Shown piece after piece: positions 59,751 to 64,000 of a stretch of DNA of 64,000 nt. Source of the DNA: Lama glama. Lineage: Eukaryota. The stretch lies in assembly GCA_028534125.1 (NCBI GenBank), contig CM052850.1, positions 16,182,001-16,246,000 of the forward strand, written 5' to 3'. Position numbers and translations under genes: made by a program. The notes under the pieces were generated by a model. The model searched no databases, had not been told where the DNA came from, and was given only the letters and a program-made list of their open reading frames with translations. Each line of letters opens with the position of its first letter. The first letter of the stretch is position 1.

Positions 59751-60597
59751 CCCTGGTCTGCCCAGGATTGTCTTTAAATCATCGCTCCAAAGCAAGTCCC
59801 TAAAGTACAGAATACCATCGCTCCATCCTGTGGCCTTTAGGGATGTAGATATGACAATCATGGTATGGCCCTCCGACTTCCAGTACATATCATTCCCAGG
59901 GAGCAGGGGTGTGAATGTGGGAAGCTGCAGGGCCTGGATCCAGCCCACAGACCAGTGAAGTATCCACATAGGGTTGGAAAGATCCCTGGTGGGCAAAGAA
60001 TGTTAGCCCTGCAAACCCATTCCTCAGGCATCTTGCAGGCCAAAGCAGTAGGCTCCCTGCTAAAGGACAAGAGCAGAACTCAACAGCAGAGAGAGCAGTC
60101 AAGATTTCCTTTCATTCCCCAATTCCAGACCAGAGCATCCTCCAATTCCCTCTCCTTCCAGAACTAGTGTAATTGTACAGGTGCCTTGGGTCTCAGCCTG
60201 CTGACCGTTAGCCTGCTCACCCTCTATTAACTGACACCAATGAGAACCACAAGCCACTGAGGAATCAGCTTTTATTGATGAGTTATCTCCAGAAACTAAA
60301 AAGACTATGTATCCACTTTCAGTCACCCCCATCCCTCCAGCACCTTACACTGCTCCACCTGGAGAAGGGATATAAACTGTTTTTCAAGGCCCTAGTCTTT
60401 CCCCTCCCTGTGTAGCCCAACTCAGAAATTCAGTAGCAGTACTGTTGTTTTTTTCAGCAGTGTCTGTTGCAGCTACAATTATGGCTGAAGGGGTGTGGGG
60501 GTAAGCAGATAGGTGAGTAAGAAGAGTGATGCACAGGAAAATAGGAACGTAGTCTATCAAAGGTCCCTCTGTCCTGCCTCAGTGGCTCCATCCTTCA

Positions 60598-63359
60598 TTA
60601 GTTGCATTTCTCTTTATGCTGAATCACTCCTTTCTGAATCAGATCGGGGATTTCCACTGCCAGCCAAGGACCCAGCTGCAACAGAAGGGAGACCCTGTGA
60701 GATTACTACCACCCAATCAATACCTCTTATTCCACAGAAGCTCCTTCCTAGAGATATTCTAGGAGAACATGCCCAAAGGAGAACAGTTATTCCTTGTACT
60801 CTCAGTTACTTTTATTACACTGCTTAGGACCTAACCACTTCCCCCTCCTCCTCTGTATTCCAGACTTACCCCTAGAGCCATGAGATGAGCTAGTCCAAAC
60901 TTGGGCACGTTCCTGGCCCACAAAGGCTTAAAATGATCGGTCAGGCATATTTTGCCACCCCTGTAAGAGGGACAAGATGAAGAAGGTGTTGACATGCAAG
61001 GTATGCTGTAAAGCATAGCAGGTTCTTGGGAGCACAGGAAGACAACCAGTGATCAGAACTGAGAACAAGTTCAGCTAAGTGCTTTTGCCCAGGGTTGGCA
61101 GAAGACCTGGAGCAGCTCTAGGCCAACAGACTCTGGGAAAATTCCTGCCTTCCAGAGTTCTTCTCCAAGGCCTTCTTTGACCTTTTCCCATCTCCTCTTC
61201 AGTCCTACCTGTACATCTTTGCTGTTTTTCCATCCAGTTCAGGGACTGCAATTTCTGGAGCAGTAGTGGGATATGTGATAGGAATCTGGAAAAATTATAA
61301 AGCCTTAATGAAACAGAATCAAGATAGAAATGAACCAATCTAATCAGACATACACATTTCTTAAATGAAATGCTCTGCGAACTTCCCAAGCAGCATGTAC
61401 ATACCAGGATTCTGGACATGGAGAAGAGTAACTATAACCTACACTTGCTTCAAACTTCAGCCTTTCCCTCCCATTTAAAAAGTTTTCTTTGGTCCCTCAA
61501 AGAGGTTAGCTTGTGAATAATTACCTAATCCCTCCTGTTCTACTAACCTTCATATTCCCTACTCCATCATACTCACGTCAAACTCGATGTCAAACTCATA
61601 TTTGAGGAGGTCATGGATGTACCAGCATTTTCCAAACCACCTGTAACAAAGACCAAACCTCAGTCCAATCTTCACATTCTTCTAATACTCAAATGACACT
61701 TTCTTGGTTTAGGTGACCAGCCTGGGAGCCTCATGGGGTGCGAATTGGGGAACTCTGGAACTGTGACAGTGGAGACCAGAAAGGGAAAGGGAAGGCCTGG
61801 CAATGTGCTTTAGGACATCAAAATGCTCAAACTATGTAAGATCCCCACCCCCACACCTCCCAAGAGGGTCTGCCTACCGAGTCCCTTCCTTGTTGGACTC
61901 CAGTCGGAACCAATCATTGTCCGCATTCTTGTTGTTCTCCACATACTAAAAGCAGAGAATAAGGTCTTTGAGGGGGGAGTTGGGACCAAGGGCAGTCCCC
62001 ACTCCCTCAAAAGAAAAGTGTGTGTTTACTTCCTCTCTTAGTATGTTTACCCAACTTTTCTGGCATAAGTAAAGCTGAAGACAAATCTACATGGTAAGTA
62101 GGGGACTTATCCTGAGCAGAGAACAGAATGCTTGGGTTCCACTCAATTTAGCTGGCACAAAACACTTGATATTTTCTAGGTCCTCTTCTCACTTCTGATA
62201 GCGTCTGCCCTCATCCCACAACTCATTTTATGGTATATTCCTTCGCTGGAGGACCTCATATAGTCCTGGTTTTGACTAGCACCAGTATGCTGATGACTTC
62301 CAATCTTTATCTTTAATCCAGACCTTTTCTCAGAGCTTCAAACTCCATTATTCATCTGTTTACTGGAATTTCTAATTCCATTTCACAGGTACCTGAAATT
62401 CAGCATTTCCTCCTAGTCTTTCAGATCTGTTTCTCCACTGTATCAGTCTCAGGTGGCAGTATTAGCATTCAGTCAAAAACCAAGCCAAAAACCTGGGAGT
62501 CACCCTTGACCCTCCCTCTCCTTTACTCTACAAACCAGTCCTTTATGATGTCCTGCTGATATTCTGAATATTCTTCAAACCTACCTCTTCTCTCTAACTT
62601 CACTATAACTACTGAGTTTAGATNNNNNNNNNNNNNNNNNNNNNNNNNNNNNNNNNNNNNNNNNNNNNNNNNNNNNNNNNNNNNNNNNNNNNNNNNNNNN
62701 NNNNNNNNNNNNNNNNNNNNNNNNNNNNNNNNNNNNNNNNNNNNNNNNNNNNNNNNNNNNNNNNTCTTTTGCCTGGATTAATGACAGCCCCCTAACTTTA
62801 GTCTTATCCCTGTCAATTCTATTTTCCTCCCTACTTCCACTGTAACTGATCTAAACTCAAATCTTACCATGTTACTCCTCCACTTAAAATCCTTTAAAGG
62901 TATCCCAAAGCCTCCAAGATAAAATTCAAGTGCTCAAACCTATTCCTCAAGTCTTACCTACCACGCCCTGCCACACATTTGATGTTCTAACAACTCTGAA
63001 CTACTTGTGTTTCTTCACACATCATGGTGTTTCTAGCTTCTGTGCCTTTGCTTATGCCGTTTCTTTTGTCTTAAATGTTCTTCTCTTAGCCTCATGTTTT
63101 ATCAGGCTAACCTACGTGTAAGTATCAGCTCAAGCATTGCCTCTTCTAGGAAGACTTTCCTGACCAGACTCAAGCTGGATTAGGTATCTCACCTCCTGCT
63201 TCAAACATTCTAGCAATTTCTCAGACTCCCTTTCCCTCTTTCACCTTGTAAGGTATTATAATGATCTGTTTCTATCTACCTCGGTTGGCTCCAATTTATT
63301 TGGCCTTCCCAAGTGGTACTAGATGTACTATATATATATATATATATAGTACTATATAT

Positions 63360-63395
<36 letters not shown>

Positions 63396-64000
63396 AATGA
63401 AATGAATACATGCACCAGGAAAGCTGCTGGTCTTTGAAACAGAGACCACCGCAAGAAAGTCAAACTTTCTTCTTCCACAGAAGGGAGACTAGCTGAGAAT
63501 ATGGCTCATTCCTAACTACGAGCTCAGCTCCTCATCTCTCTGCAACTAATACCTGCTTGAGGTTTTAGCTTTAACGTGTATTCCTTCCTCAGGACAAGTA
63601 AAGGAGGTAGCAGAGAGAAGCGGCCCAGGACTTAGAGCATCAGGAATTCCTTTTGACCACCTCCCCTACATCCAGGAGAGCAAACATCTGGGGCCAGAAG
63701 AACACGTCATCTTCCAGGGCAGCCTATCCCTAAAATAACTGCTGTTTTTAGCCAGAAAGTCTGGTTCCACCGTGGTTTCTAACCTGAGTCTCTTCTACCT
63801 CCTCCCCTCCGCGCCTCCCGAAGCCCCTCAGCCCCGCAGTCGTCTAATGTCTATGAATTTGGAAGTTGAAGTTTAAAACCGGAAGCGGCTTCCACACGGA
63901 ACCGATTCGTAAGGACACCTGGTTGCCCGCAACCCTTTTGCGATGCGGTCCGCAGCAGAAGCACTACTGACCCGGATAAGAGACTGATACTCCTCCTTGA
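60598..64000 (-). CDS. UFC1: UFM1-conjugating enzyme 1; start of exon 1 lies beyond the window
   Basis: Exons 64000-63972 (KEEYQSLIR), 61945-61878, 61640-61577, 61285-61209 (..[11 protein letters not shown]), 60960-60870 ([14 protein letters not shown], catalytic Cys), 60675-60598 ([12 protein letters not shown]...KEKCN*). AATAAA on - at 60271-60276. Confidence 0.97.
62250..63285 (+). mobile_element. Ancient L2 LINE fragments in UFC1 intron 1
   Basis: L2-like motifs CCAAAACCTGGGAGTCACCCTTGAC, CATGTTACTCCTCCACTTAAAATCCTT, CTCTTCTAGGAAGACTTTCCTGAC. L2 3' ends also at about 11420-11535 and 58680-58795. Confidence 0.6.
63324..63392. repeat. Compound (TA)n microsatellite punctuated by GTAC
   Basis: GTAC(TA)n-GTAC-(TA)n-GTAC-(TA)n; both units are self-complementary. 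Confidence 0.92.

Overview
Mammalian (eutherian) genomic DNA, most likely a camelid, judged from tRNA-derived Vic-1-like SINEs. It is syntenic with human 1q23.3 and extremely gene-dense. In order it holds: the 3' part of NR1I3/CAR (+), TOMM40L (-), APOA2 (+), FCER1G (-), NDUFS2 (-), ADAMTS4 (+), a full-length AAMDC processed retrocopy (+), B4GALT3 (+), PPOX (-), USP21 (-) and most of UFC1 (-). I assembled exons by hand from GT-AG boundaries. Fully visible genes give APOA2 100 aa, FCER1G 86, NDUFS2 463 and B4GALT3 396. ADAMTS4 837, PPOX 477 and USP21 565 assume ortholog-sized exons inside N gaps. Nine N gaps hide several exons. No prokaryotic-type system (CRISPR etc.) is present. The best candidates for something undescribed are a 40-codon TOMM40L leader uORF whose 7 ATGs all lie in one frame, the AAMDC retrocopy with a 109-codon open frame and intact TSDs, and a tailed-mirtron-like hairpin at the MIR5187 position. 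Also notable are a U12 intron in USP21, a (TG)n-replaced APOA2 acceptor, a possible TOMM40L/NR1I3 antisense overlap and absence of the human CAR2/CAR3 splice acceptors. Gene and repeat-family names and ortholog comparisons come from recall, not from database searches.
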